This document shows positions 25,156 to 38,817 of a stretch of 64,000 nt of DNA, in pieces. The stretch's first letter is position 1, and each line of letters begins with the position of its first letter. The stretch is from Squalus acanthias (taxonomy: Eukaryota): contig CM059432.1 in the NCBI GenBank assembly GCA_030390025.1, positions 63,552,001 through 63,616,000 on the forward strand, written 5' to 3'. The position numbers and the translations under genes are program-made. The notes beneath the pieces are model-generated. The model did no database searches and had not been told where the DNA came from. It saw only the letters and a program-made list of their open reading frames with translations.

Positions 25156-28100
25156 CTTACTTGAAAAAGAAAAAAAATGCAGAGCTATGGGGAAAGAGCA
25201 GGTGAGTGGGACTAATTGAAGCATCACTTCTTCACTTTTGAATTCCAAACCCCTTGAGATAAAGCTCAACATTCCACTGACACACAATGGCAATCATATT
25301 GACACATCTACCTTCTCAAAAGAAAATACATTTTTAAATAAGAACACTGGTGATTTGTGTCATGTGCTGGGAGCACAAAGGTTGGGATTTTCTGGGCAGG
25401 AGTATGCAGCTTCTTAAAGTGATGCCTTCACTTCCCGTTGGCAGCAAAGTGTCAACTGGGTATTTGCTGCTTTGTATTAGGTGAGATGAGGCAGGAGACA
25501 GCTAAAGTCCAGAGCGGAGGAAGGATTGCCTATGTCAGGCAAAATGTTTCGAATGATGGGGTTCAACAGTAAAGTAGAGAGCAAATAAACATCCAATCTA
25601 AAAAAACAGCCATTGTCTGGTCATGTACAATGTAGAACTTCCTTTATACTTCCCAACGATACATGCCAGTCCCAACCTAGCTTCAGATGATGGACACTCC
25701 AATATTTAATTATCTCACATAAATGTATTATTTTGGTTTGTGACCGAGGGTTCACAATTCTGGGCAGTTTTGTGCTATGAGTAAAGAGAGCAAAGAGGAT
25801 ACTGAAATGACAAAAAATGGTACAAACTAATTTCATATGAGACTCTTGATATAATCTGAGAGAGCAACAGAAAGAACGATCAAGTACATCTTCTAATGTA
25901 GATTTTGTGCCAACAAAAAATGCAGAACATTAAAATGTTATGAACCAAGTTCTGTTAAGAACAATACAATTACTAACTACCTGTACCAAGCTGGCCTTAA
26001 AGTTCAAGTTCATTTTCATTCTCTCTCCTTGTCTGTACTTTTTCTCCACTCCCACATGCAGCCGACACATGAATAATGGACATGCTGACCAGTTGAATTT
26101 GTCACTTATTTCACTATCTTATACATGCACAGAACTATGATTGTGATCTCATCCTAGTTCCTCTTAAATGCTACAAAGTAACATTTTAATTTGTATGCAT
26201 ATAGCATAATGACTACACAAATGTCTACTGTATAAATTATACTAACCTTTTAAATTTCATTCACTAACATTCATCAAAAAACATATTGATTTTCCTATTC
26301 ATCAACTACTCAATACTGCTGCAAATATGTTGATACAGATAGATGAGACATAACTAGCATTGTAATAAGTCCTTTCAGGCCTCACAAAAATAATGGCAAA
26401 CATTTTATATAGCACCTAATATACTACCAGTAATAATAATTACTAACACATCTCCCAAGGTATTGTTCAAGATAGGTCAGAGACTACAATGTAACAACAT
26501 TGTACTATCAGGGTTACTGGTATTTTTACTGATTGGGAATTGAGTTCCATGACTCATTATTCTGTGAAAACTGTAAATGAGCATCCTTATATATTAAAAA
26601 TAGTGCACAATCGCAACATTCCAAAGGTATTGCGCCTATAGTTGGTGCTGTGTGCATAATGTTACATCACATAACATTATGTGACAGGGCCATCTGAAGC
26701 AAAAATATATAAAATACCATTAAAGCCATGCAAGAGATAGAAAAAAAACCCTTTAAAAATTGGCAAGTTGATTGACCTCATAAAGATTGACCAAAGAAGA
26801 TCTGTTAAAGAGTGAGATGAAAGGAACCTGCTGTTAGCAGCAACTAAACGAGACTCGCAGAATAAGGCACCCTGATCTTCTCCTCTTCGAACCACCAATT
26901 GTAATTGTAATTGTAACATAGTTATTAATGTCACCCTCCCCAACACAGTCTAAAAAATCAGAGATTGCTGTCTGCCTTTTTCTCATTGTGTCTTTCTCTT
27001 TCCATCTCTCCTCTGTCTTATATTTATTGAAATGAGACTGTCCGACTTTCAGGTGTAAGCGATTAGGGTTGAGGTGGAGATAATTAGTTGGCTTCAAATA
27101 TCAATCGATCTTATTTTGAATATTGAATATTAGCATGAACAAAGACACTGGGATAAATGTTCATCTTCACCGCCTGGACGATGATCTGATGGAGAGGATT
27201 GCCCGCCTGTTGTAGAACCCGCCTGATTTTTATTCCATTGATTTCAGTGCTCCCTCTCACGCTCTCTCATCCTACTCTTTCTCACTAACCTCTCTCTTGG
27301 TCCGCTTAATACATCTGCTGAGGTCCACAGAACACAAGAGGAACGCTACAACAGGTGTATAATTAGTACACTGTCATTCTTTTCTCACACTCTCACATAG
27401 ACATACATTGACACAACCTTTAAAAAAAATACTCACCCACCCTATCCGGTGGGAGCAGGCTAGTGCGGGGGGGGGGGCATAAAATTGAGTGTTAGCCTTA
27501 CGGCCCCATTCCCTCTGGCCACCATGTCAACAACTTACTGCAGTTAGCTGGCTGAGGTACCCGCTGGAAGCAAGCAGGAGCCTCATAAATATTGCTAATT
27601 GGGACTTTCCCACCAATGAAGGCAGGTCGGCAGCTGTCAGGTGGACAAAGAGGACCCCAAGGTAAGTGAAGATCTTTTCTTTGTGGGACCAGAAGAGCAG
27701 GAGTGCTCGTCAAGACTTTCCCCTTACCTCCCACGAGGCCATCCCAAAATCACCTCCCCGTGACTTACCTGCTTGTTGACAAGCCTGTCTTCGGTGCCAG
27801 CTGGCACATGCCTGCCAGCCAGTTGCAATTTTCTGCCCAATTTGTGCGAGCAGATGACTGGTGGAATGCAGTCGAGGCACGGGCATTAAAATAGCCCAGG
27901 CCTGCCGGTGTACTTTGCTCTCGCCCTGCCCACTGCTTGCTTGAAACACGCTGGGCACTAGAATTGACGCCAATATAAATTATACCTTGATTAAACTTTT
28001 GTAAGTTTGTCCTCTTGCTTCTGAAAATTATTTAAAGGAAAGCCACTGAACAGAAAGTTGAAGAAGCTCAAAACAAAACATAGCTGGGCCTCTGACTGGA

Positions 28101-28588
28101 TATTTTTACTCCATAACAGTTAAAAGAGAGCTATAAATTCCATCTGTGCATTCCGAGCATGTGTCATATGCAGAATTTTCCAGAATCCAATCTTTGGACT
28201 TGAAATTGGCAGCCGTTAAGGCCGGTTTGGAAGAAAAAATGGCGGCCGCCTCGCTTCCGCCCATTTCTGGTGGGTCCAGCGGCGGCCACCATTTTGAACA
28301 GGTCGGCAGTGCTGCTGTTGCCTGTACTTGCTACAGGTATTTAGATGAGGCAGATCGTGACGTCAATAAGTGTGTAACGCTGATTTGATGCACGATCTGC
28401 CATTTTGGATATCACCGCTCCATTTGACGGCCGCTCCTAATCACGATCAGCTGACCATGCGTTCAGCAGCAGGAAGGACCCCCCCAGCAACGCTATTTAC
28501 AGGGATCATCAACAACTTGCAGCAGACTTGCTTTTTCATTTCTATTGGCTCTTTGTAATTATGTGCAACTTTTTTGAGCTTTCTAGAG

Positions 28589-30238
28589 TGTAAGGGGGCG
28601 TGTCTCAGACGGTGCTGGTGCGAGGTTAGGCCTTCGTTGCTTACTGCTATTGCTTGCTCTGGTCTTCGGCCAGCCTTTTTGCAATAAGCACCTGTGAGTG
28701 GTTCGACCCACTCGCCCTTACGGTTCTAACACTGGACTTAGGTGCAGGGAGCAGTAATGCAGAGAAAAACTCAAATAGACCCGGTTGAATAGTACGAAAT
28801 GGAAATCTTTATTGCATGGCGTCTAAAATCATGAAGTACATGTCATAGGCGCAAATCAACGAGAGTACAAGTATACATACATTCATAAAGCTTGGTCTAT
28901 GGAAATGAAGAACACACGGCACATCGTAAAAAGGGGAACACATTATATCTTAACCTTATTAAAACCACCCTCCCTTAACAATACCTACACTACGTCTAGA
29001 TTTGTAGGATCGGAAAACATGCTCACCACTCGTGTTACTTCGAAGATTTTTAAAGTGAGGCACTCAGCTCGTTTCGCTGCAGCGCCTGACTGTCACGTGT
29101 TTGGAAGGGTCTCTGCACCCCACTTGTTTACTTTCGCTGCTGCGAAAAGCAGGCCAGACTCTCTGTTGTCATGAAGAACTTGACGGAACTCGAATAAAAT
29201 TCAAAGAAGAGTCTTCCTGTGTTCGATACAGGTTGTCGGTAGAACTCAAAGAAAAGTTCTTTATTTATATTTTCGGGCGCGGTCGGGGTTTACTGACCGT
29301 GGCGGCACGTGGATTCTTCTCCTCTTCTTCTCATCTCGTCTCGTCTCTTCGGGCCTCCGGGTCCAGACACCGTTTACCGACACTCGGGATGGTGTACCCT
29401 GTTACTTGCCCTTATCGGGGCGGCTCGTTCCAATTGAACTCCACCCAACACTCGCATAACCGACCAGTACGGCTAAGAGTCAAGAGTCAACAAAGTCCAG
29501 AGAGAAAATCAAAAGCTCACCAGTCAAACGAGTCCATGAAGAGGCAAGCGAATAAGAGTTCAGCAGTCAGCAGAGAGATAAGAGAATAAGAGACCGATGG
29601 ACATTTGTTCTCTATAGTTATAGTGATGTGTCCGCTTATCTCCCGCTCAAATCTTAATGTTTGTCCTTTGTGTAATATTGGCGCTCAAAACTCCCAGCAT
29701 GGGGCGGTTATCTTCCTTAACGGGTTTCGGTAGCACCTGAAACTGGCCAACTATCCGTTAATGTTTTCCCCATTGTTGAACCAGCCAGGATGTGTATGAA
29801 TCGTCTCCCTGACTGGTTTTGGGGCCCCCCAAATACTTGCTTAATCACCCGTCGATGTCTCTCTCATTGTAGAGCCAGGGGGGTATTTGTGTGTTGATGT
29901 GTCTGGATGGGCCTTCGATTGCCCAGTACAATGGTCCTTACTGTGCATAGGAAAACGATTCCAGCACTTATATCTTTGCTATTGTTTCAAATGCAAACGG
30001 GTTGCATCCTGTCTTTATCAGTGTTTACCGAGTATGATCCAATCTTATACTGAATGTATATTCGACGCCATCTTGTCTGCCCACTGTGTTTCTGGAAGCT
30101 TCTGCCACGATGCGCGGCGGCCATTTTACAGGCTTCTGTGTCCTTTATTATCAGGACAGCATTTCGTTTAATAAAACTGATCAAACAAATCTGCTTCTCT
30201 TGTGTTATTATGAATCGCGATAATTGCGAAATTTTACA
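28589..30238 (-). mobile_element. Solo LTR, 1650 bp (ERV- or Gypsy-type)
   Basis: TGTAA...TTACA termini, AGAG TSD (28585-88 and 30239-42), minus-strand AATAAA near 28808, TATA-like box near 29615, CpG-rich. Confidence 0.85.
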
Positions 30239-30444
30239 AGAGTTGTTTAAAGTTGCTGAGGTGACAGGGAGTGTTGCTGCAAGTGGAGAATGACTTGCTT
30301 CTCATTTAAATGGTTCTGCTCACATCACTTGCTCCCAGTCATGGGGGCTCTACTTGCAGTTCCACTCGCGCTCGAGTATGACAGGGAGATGGAACGGTGG
30401 CAGCGAAGAAGAGGAAAAGATGCTCTCAAAGGGAGGAGGAGGAT

Positions 30445-31177
30445 TCAATCTGCCAATTACCACCCCATCAGTCTACTCTTAATCATCAGCAAAGTGATGG
30501 AAGGTGTCGTCGACAGTGCTATCAAGCGGCACTTACTCACCAATAACCTGCTCACGGATGCTCAGTTTGGGTTCCGCCAGGACCACTCAGCTCCAGACCT
30601 CATTACTGCATTGGTCCAAACATGGACAAAAGAGTTGAATTCCAGAGGTGAGGTGAGAGTGACTGCCCTTGACATCAAGGCCGCATTTGACCGAGTATTG
30701 TATCAAGAAGCCCCAGTAAAACTGAAGTCAATGGGCATCAGGGATAACTCTGCACTGGCTGGAATCATACCTAGCACAAAGGAAGATGGTTGTGGTTGTT
30801 GGACATAATCATCACAGCCCCAGGACTTTGCTGCAGGAGTTCCTCAGGGCAGTGTTCTAGGCCCAACCATCTTCAGCTGCTTCATCAATGACCTTCCCTC
30901 CATCATAAGGTCAGAAGTGGGAATGTTCGCTGATGATTGCACAGTGTTCAGCTCCATTCGCAACTCCTCAGGTAATGAAGCAGTCCATACCCGCGTGCAG
31001 CAAGACCTGGACAACATTCAAGCTTGGGCTGATAAGTGGAAAATAACAAATAACATTCACGCCACACAAGTGCCAGGCAATGACTATCTGCAACAAGCGA
31101 GAGTCTATCCACCTCCCCTTGACATTCAACAGCATTACCATTGCCAAATCCCCCTCTATCAACATCCTGGGGGTCAC
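30445..31177 (+). mobile_element. LINE family B internal RT fragment
   Basis: NYHPISLL, ALDIKAAFD, GVPQGSVLGP, MFADD. Confidence 0.92.
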
Positions 31178-34134
31178 TGGCTGTAGACTCCGCCACCTCG
31201 GCATGGGCGGCAGCAGTCTGGGCTGGCTGGATGACAGGCAGCAGCAAGGGCACTGGCAGAGTGGCAGTGGTGGGAGTAGGAATGCTGCCATCCTGAGAGA
31301 GGACTGTAGGTTCTTGCTCCACGGAGCCACTGCCACTCCCCTGGAGCGGCACCTCAGCATTCCTAGCCATCTGTTGGGGGACAGATTGCTGGAGTGCTGT
31401 GAGATCTTGCAAGCCTCTTTCCACACTCATAAACCCAACCACGATGGCAGTCGTCTGAGCTTCCATTGCAGCATTGGGTCGCTTCCACCTGTGCTACAGT
31501 GGAAGCTGCGACATCGCCCATCACATGAAGCAACATGGCTGGGTCCACAGGGTCCCTCATGGAGTTGGCAATTATTTCCATCCTGGAAATCATGGGCTCC
31601 AAGCGCCACACAAAGCCCCGTGCAATGTTGGAGCCGGAAGCCTCCATGCTCTTTGACACTGACAAGAGGCCCTCAGGCAGGCTTGCCATTGCACCTAGCT
31701 TTTCTGTGTGCATGCCCATCATCCTTCTTCTGAAGGCTGCCCCATCAAGGTCATCATCTGAGTCCTGTGCAGCAGAACTTGTGTGCGATCTTGCCCTCCA
31801 GGGAGCTGGCACCCAAGCTACCCTTTCCCCCAGCTTTGCTGCAGCCCACTCGTCACATGCAGATTCTGCCTCTATACTATCCTCTAAAGTATGCGCAGTG
31901 CCATTTTCTGAGCTGGTGTCTGCGAGTGTTAGATAAAGTGACGGTGTGTCTTCTTCTCCTCTATCACTGTCCTTCTCCATCACTTCGGGGACTGGCTGGC
32001 CAGGTTGGATTTCTTGGGTATCAGAAAGGAGAAAGGCACAAGGGTTGGGTTGTGGTGAGGGGAGGGGGGGGAATCCATCAGCAGCTTGTATGTAAGCAGA
32101 GATTGTGGGAGGAGGGGGAAGTGAGATGTGAAAAGAACGATTAGGTATGAGTATGCCATCATCATCAGCAATGCTTTCAACTTCCCCATTCGCCACAGAC
32201 TCTGTGATGGCCCCTCCAATGATCTCCAGAACTGCTTCCTACAGCACTGTCAGGTTCTGACGTCTGACTACACCCGATATTGGCACCCCTGTTCAGCGTG
32301 GTTAGTGCTGAGATCAGCACTGCAATCATGACAATGAGCAGGCAGCACAATTTTTGCATGCTGCCTGCACCACTTTGAACAGGCGTGGGCATATAGCACT
32401 GCGGGATGCTCATTCCCGTGTTTGAGCCTTATCCAATTTCTAGGCCTTTGTATTAGCAGGAGTTGAAGGGTGAAAGGGTATAAACCCTCATCTTGTGCCG
32501 AATTGAGGGTTCACTGCTTTTTCCAGAAGAATTTTAAAGCAACTGGAGATTGTATTCTCAAAGCTTTTGTTCAAGGCAAGTGATGAATTACATAAATATA
32601 TTATAATCATGCTTTTTTTTAAATTATGAACTCCTCATGGGAGTAATGGGAATAATAGCTGTTATCCTGTGAAGGATAACAGTGGGGAAATTAACAGCTG
32701 TTCATGATTTTTTGCTGATGATTAGAAAATAAAGCAGCGGTTGTTTGTAGAGACTGATCTTTTTAATGAATTATTGCTTTGAATTGTGTATGCTCAGGTA
32801 AAAATCTCTACTGAACCATTATTGAGGCTTAACAATTATGTATATCAAAACATAGAAACTGCATAAACAATAAACTTGGAGCATTTTATGGGATCATTTT
32901 TGTTTATGGAAATTTATGTTTATTAAGGTCTGTTCTGCATACCACTTAACCCAGCTATAACCCCATTTTGCTGGGCCAGTGAATTCCGAGGCCTGAAAAT
33001 ATTAGTGGTTGGGGCCTATATGGAGGGAGAAGAGGCCACGACTAAGCCCTTTCCCTCCATCATTTAAAGGCTACCTCAGGGACTACCTTTACCCTTCATG
33101 TGGATCCTGAAGTTGGCAGAAACAGTGACGGAAAGAAGGGAAATCCAGTGGCTTGTTGCATCCCACCTCACTGGCAGCATTTACATGCGTGGGTGGGGAG
33201 TGAGCAGTCGGCAGCCATCCCAATATATCCAGGGGGAAGTAAAAATGAAAGTTGAAACGAAAGTAGGTCTTGCTGCCCAATTTTCCTGCTTTTTCGGCCA
33301 TTCTCCCACCCAATTTTGGGCTGGATAACAAAGAAAAATCCAACCCTATAAGTCATTAAACTCATTAATAGTAGGCTTCTTGAGCATGCTAGGAGCGCAT
33401 ATCATGAGAATGTGCACTCCAGCCCATGGTTTTCTGTCCATTTAATTTTATACAACAGATAATTTATATTAAATGCTTGTAGGCAAGAATATAAAGATAG
33501 CAAGACTGATGGCGATGGGGAAAATAATGGTTGGCGTATCTGACATTGGGAACACGTGGGGTTGGGGTCCTGAGGGTTTGAAAGGGGCAATGGCACTTTG
33601 GGTCTTATTTTCCTGGGCCCCTTACTTGACAAGGCTGTAAATCCATGCTCTCCCCAATACAGCCAAATCCCAACAACTCCCAATGCTCCAAACTTCCTTC
33701 CTGACTCCTGGTGATCCTCAGGTTCTGTTTCCTCAGACCTTTTTTGCCCCAGATCCCACAACTCTGTGCTCACAAACTCCTCTAGGTTGCATTCGTAGTG
33801 CACCCGAATCCCATAATTACTCCCAATGCTCCCAGACCTTGAGAACTCTCTCCTCATTGTCCCTGGCTTCCAGGATATCTCTCCTAGTAATCCTAGACTC
33901 CAGGGCTGTCTCAGTGTTCCCAGAACCTTACTCTGCAGTGTTCCTGGAACACTGGAAGCCCCCTCCCAGGCCCTAGGAGCCCACTTCAATGTATAGCTAG
34001 TTACTGAGCCCTGCATACAAAACCTTACTTACTGTTGTCACTTTTTTCCTCTTTTGTGTCAACCATTTCCAGTAAAATGGTTCCTGTCACAGTGATTACA
34101 GGCTAAGTGTGATGTATTGTAATTTTCCCAGCAA

Positions 34135-36552
34135 TAACAACAACAACTTGTGTTTATATAGCGCCTTTAACGTAGTAAAATGTCCCAAGGCGCTTCACAG
34201 GAGTATTGTAAGACAAAAAATTGACACCGAGCCACATAAGAAATTAGGGCAGATGACCAAATGCTTGGTCAAAGAGGTAGGTTTTAAGGAGTGTCTTAAA
34301 GGAGAAGAGGGAGGTAGAGAGGAAAAGATGTTTAGGGAGGGAATTCCAGAGCTTAGGGCCTAGGCAACAGAAGGCACGGCCACCAAAGGTTGAGCGATTA
34401 TAATCAGGGATGCTCAAGAGGCCAGAATTAGAGGTGCGCAGATATCTCGGGGGGTTGTGGGGCTGGAGGAGATAACAGAGATAGGGAGGGGCAAGGCCAT
34501 GGAGGGATTTGAAAACAAGGATGAGAATTTTAAAATCGTGGCGTTGCTTAACCAGGAACTAATGTAGGTCAGCGAGCACAGGGGTGATGGGTGAACGGGA
34601 CTTGGTGCGAGTTAGGTCACGGGCAGCCGAGTTTTGGATTACCTCAAGTTTACGTAGGGTGGAATGTGGGAGGCTTGCCAAGAGTGTGTTGGAATAGTCA
34701 AGTCTAGAGGTAACAAATGCATGGATGAGGGTTTCAGCAGCGGATGAGCTGAGGCAAGGGCGGAGACGGGCGATGTTATGGAAGTGGAAATAGGCGGTCT
34801 TAGTTATGCCACGGATATGTGGTCGGAAGCTCATTTCAGGGTCAAATATGACACCAAGGTTGCGAACAGTGTGGTTCAGCCTCAGACAGATGCTAGGGAG
34901 AGGGATGGAGTCAGTGGCTAGGGAACGGAGTTTGTGGCGGAGACCGAAGAGAATGGTTTCGTTCTTCCCAATATTTAATTGGAGAAAATTTCTGCTCATG
35001 CAGTACTGGATGTCGGACAAGCAGTCTGATAATTTGGAGACTGTGGAAGGGTCAAGAGAAGTGGTGGTGAGGTAGAGCTGAGTGTCATCAGCGAACATGT
35101 AGAAACTGACGCTATGTTTTCGGATGATGTCGCCGAGGGGCAGCATGTAGATGAGAAATAGGAGGGGGCCAAGAATAGATCCTTGGGGGACGCCAGAGGT
35201 AACAATGTGGGAGCGGGAAGAGAAGCTATTGCAGGTGATTCTCTGGCTACGATTAGATAGATAAGAATGGAACCAGGCGAGGGCAGTCCCACCCAGCTGG
35301 ACGACGGTGGAGAGGTGTTGGAGGAGGATGGAGTGGTCAACCGTGTCAAAGGCTGCAGACAAGTTGAGAAGGACGAGGAGGGATAGTTTACCACTGTCAC
35401 TGTCACATCAGATGTAATTTGTGACTTTGATAAGAGCCATTTCGGTACTGTGGCGGGGTGGAAAACTGATTGGAGGGATTCAAACATGGAGTTCCGGGAA
35501 AGATGGGCACGGATTTGGGAGGTGACAACACGTTCAAGGACTTTGGAGAGGAAAGGGAGGTTGGAGATGGGGTGGTAGTTTGCAACGACGGAGGGGTCAA
35601 GGGTTGTTTTTTTGAGGAGAGTGGTGATGACGGCAGATTTGAAGGAGAGGGGGACAGTAGCTGAGGAGAGAGAATCGTTAACAATGTCAGCTAACATGGG
35701 AGCCAGAAAAGGAAGTTGGGTGGTTAGCAGTTTAGTGGGAATAGGGTCGCGGGAGCAGGAAGTGTGCCTCATGGACAAGGTGAGCACGGAGCGATCATGA
35801 GGGGAGATCAGAGAGAAACTGGAGGAAGGTGCGAGTTCAGGGCTAGGGCAGTGGGGAACCTTAGAGGAAGTTTGGCCTGGTAGGCTAGGGGAAGGAAGGG
35901 AAGTGGCAGAGGCAGCTGATTGGATGGTCTCAATCTTGGAGACAATGAAGTCCATGAGCTCCTCGCACTTGTTGTTGGAGGTGAGGGTGGAGGAGACAGG
36001 GAAGAGCGGTTTAAGAAGACGGTTAGCAGTAGAGAATAAAAGCTGGGGGTTATCTTTGCATTCCAGAATGATTCTGGAATAATGAGCAGTTTTGGCAGAC
36101 GAGAGCAGGACTTGATAATGCTTTATGTGGTCCAGCCAGATCTGGCGGTGAATGGCTAAACCAGTTGTCCGCCATATACGTTCAAGTCTGCATCCCTTGG
36201 ACTTAAGGGAGCGAAGATGAGGACTGTACCAGGGGGAACGGCCAGGGTGAGAGAGAGAGTAATTGTTTTAATAGGGACTAGGGCATCGAAGGTGGTGGTG
36301 AGGGTGTGGTTGCGCAGATTGGTAGCTGTTGAAATGTCATGGTGAATGGAGGGCCAGAGGCTGAACAGTTGAGATTTCGTAAGTGCAATTGTAAGAGAGT
36401 TGGGAGAGAGTTTTTCCATGGGCGGACACAGAAGGAAGTAGGGTTGAGGCAGGGAAGGGGGATGTGGGTGGAGAGCGATACAAGGAAGTGGTCAGAGATG
36501 GCCTTATCTGTGATTGACACGATGGGAGTAGCGAGGCCACGAGAGATGGCAA
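34135..36552 (-). mobile_element. L2 (LINE2) element, 5'-truncated
   Basis: ISDHFLV, NYHPISNLPFLSKVLE, LSAAFDTVDH, GVPQGSILGP, FADDTQLY, LIHAFVTSRLDY, and a (GTT)n tail. Confidence 0.93.
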
Positions 36553-37496
36553 TTCAAATTACTTAAAACTTTTCATTGCCATCCTCCACGTCCCCCAATT
36601 CTCCCCTCCCTCACAGTAACTAAAATTAGTGTCTCAACTAAGGGCTGGAATTTAAAATATATATATATGCATGTCACAATAACGTGATTAAATTTATCCG
36701 TTGAGATATATTTTGTGCCTTTTTCAAAAGCCTGAGCTTGCAATCAATATTTGTCCAAAACTGATGCTTTTCGCTGAATTCAGATTGTGCTGTTGGAGAG
36801 TGTGCAGTGTATCCAATTTCCCAGATGCATCAGTGCCATTTAGTACCTGAACACTTAATATTTTTTCTTTAATTTCGAGTAGCTTCTGCTCATTTACTTT
36901 TCAAAATTAGTTGAAACAACTCTGCGCAAAAATATCGGATCCAACCCATGCTTTTGGGAGAAGCTGAAGCTTTTAAGTAAAACTTTAGTGAATATATTAA
37001 AAGACACAAAGCAATTCAGTGGATAAATGTAATCGTGCTATTGAAAAATATGTATTATTTCAAATTTTTAATTTTGGATAAATTACATTTGGGATATTAG
37101 AAATTTCAATTACTGAGGAAAAAATGCAAAGGAAGGTATTTTCGAAAAGCATTTTGAGTGATTCACTTAGCTCGTTCACGACTGTTAAATTTTGGCATTT
37201 CCTATGTATTTTTTCCATTATAAATATTAAAATTATTACAGTAACTAAGGTTTGCGTATAGGAAATGCATGCCGCATTCAATAACATCTATAGATTTTAT
37301 AATGTCCATGTAATCATATGTAAATATTTTGCTGTCATAGTTTGGCTTAAGATACTTATTTACAAAAACTCTTACAATATAATAGGATGTTTTCCGAGTT
37401 GCTGATTTATTTCTTTGTAAATGTATAAAACTTTGTGTCTAGTTTAATGACCTATTTCCATTTGAATTTTTCATGGTTTATTCGGAGTGGTTATGC

Positions 37497-37885
37497 TTGA
37501 GCACAAAAATCAAGGCTGACACTCCAGTGCAGTGCTGAGGGAATGCTGCACTGTCGAAGGTGCCATCTTTTGGATGAGACGTTAAACCGAGGCCCCGTCT
37601 GCTCTCTCAGGTGGATGTGAAAGATCCCATGGCACTATTTCAAAGAAGAGCAGGGGAGTTATCCCCAGTGTCCTGGCCAATATTTATCCCTCAATCAACA
37701 TCACTAAAATTGATTATCTGGTCATTAGCACATTGCTGTTTGTGGGAGTTTGCTGTGTGCAAATAAGCTGCCGTATTTCCTATATTACAGCAGTGACCAC
37801 ACTTCAAAAATACTTCATTGACTGTAAAGCATTTTGGGATGTCCTGAAGTCGTGAAAGGCATTATATAAATGCAAGTCTTTTTTA
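37497..37885 (+). mobile_element. Deu-domain SINE (SacSINE1/AmnSINE1-related), head missing
   Basis: ttttggatgagacgttaaaccgaggccccgtctgctctctcaggtggatgtgaaagatcccatggcactattt resembles the Deu domain. L2-like tail. Confidence 0.8.
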
Positions 37886-38052
37886 TCATCATATGAAACT
37901 CTTCTTTACAAGGCTATGATATTATTGAAACAACCCCACTTAGTACAATTGCTTTAGATAGTTTAAGAAGCAATGCGCAGTTCTCTAAATGTCTTCCATT
38001 TTATAGGTTTACTAGATTGTAAAATTTAAGATTAGAAATCAAACAAAAGAAT

Positions 38053-38817
38053 GGCCCGAAAATTAGACCTAATGCGGGAGATTACGCACTGTGTACTCTC
38101 GCGTATTAGGTCCCGAATTGCCGGTTTCCTGCATGCACTGCACATGCGCGGGAAACCGGCACTTCGGGTATTGCGAAGGGGGCGGTTCCTAAGTGAACCG
38201 CGTGCGCGCTACAGGTTGTGCGCATGTAGCGCACTTAGTTTTTTTTTCAGGTTTGAACGTGCAGGTAAGTGTTGAAGATTTTACACATAAAGAAAGCAGG
38301 CGTAAGACCCCCTTTTAACAAGGTAAGTAGTTAATTAAGTAGTATTTTAAATTTTTTTCAACAGGTTTATCTTTTTTAGAGACTTTAAAGAAAGGTAAGT
38401 TTATTTTTATAACTTTTAAAAAGAATTTAAATTTTTTCAAAAATTTAAATTTTTGTTTAAAGTGGTTCATTTATTTAACTATAGTTATTTTATTAATGTG
38501 ATGGCTTTTTTTTAAATTTAATTGAGGTTTAGCTGTTCTTTTGGGGGCTTGTTGTATTCATAGTTTTGACAGCTCTTCCTGTCAAAACTATGAATGAAAG
38601 ATGGTGTGCTGCCATTGGCTCTAACTGAATCACGTGATCCCAGAGGTCGCATCGCACTAACTGCGCCTCTGGGACATGCACACACTGCGTGCCGGCACCA
38701 GGGAGAGGCCCAGGAAATGAAGTTCGTGTGGGCCAAAACCAGAAAGGCAGGCGCGGAGTGCGATATCGCGGGGGATCCTTACCCCCGCGGCAACCATCGA
38801 AATCCAATTTCTGGGCC
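38053..38817. mobile_element. MITE family A, copy 2 (765 bp, Harbinger-like)
   Basis: TIRs ggcccgaaaatt / aatttctgggcc, AAT TSD at 38050-52 and 38818-20. Confidence 0.88.

Larger units (their letters stand above)
22120..25220 (+). mobile_element. CR1 3' part, split by a Harbinger derivative (22242-23968) and by minus-strand CR1 insertions
   Basis: QRDLGVHIHNSLK before the insertion and EYKSKEVMLNL...RPQLEY after it. IWNTLPERVVEADS, and the tail resumes near 25160. Confidence 0.8.
28196..32446. mobile_element. Harbinger element carrying a solo LTR and a LINE fragment
   Basis: TIRs ggacttgaaattgg / ccaatttctaggcc with TTT on both sides. Transposase N-terminus MGALLAVP at 30341 (+). Myb-gene exon on - (31180-32200) homologous to 13533-14400. 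Confidence 0.85.

Noticed and set aside
29101..29589. 162-aa ORF in the LTR
   Set aside because: Non-ATG start, no motif, and antisense to the inferred LTR orientation.
30290..30808. Transposase-RT fusion protein
   Set aside because: A chance in-frame junction of two decayed fragments that frameshifts before the RT catalytic motif.
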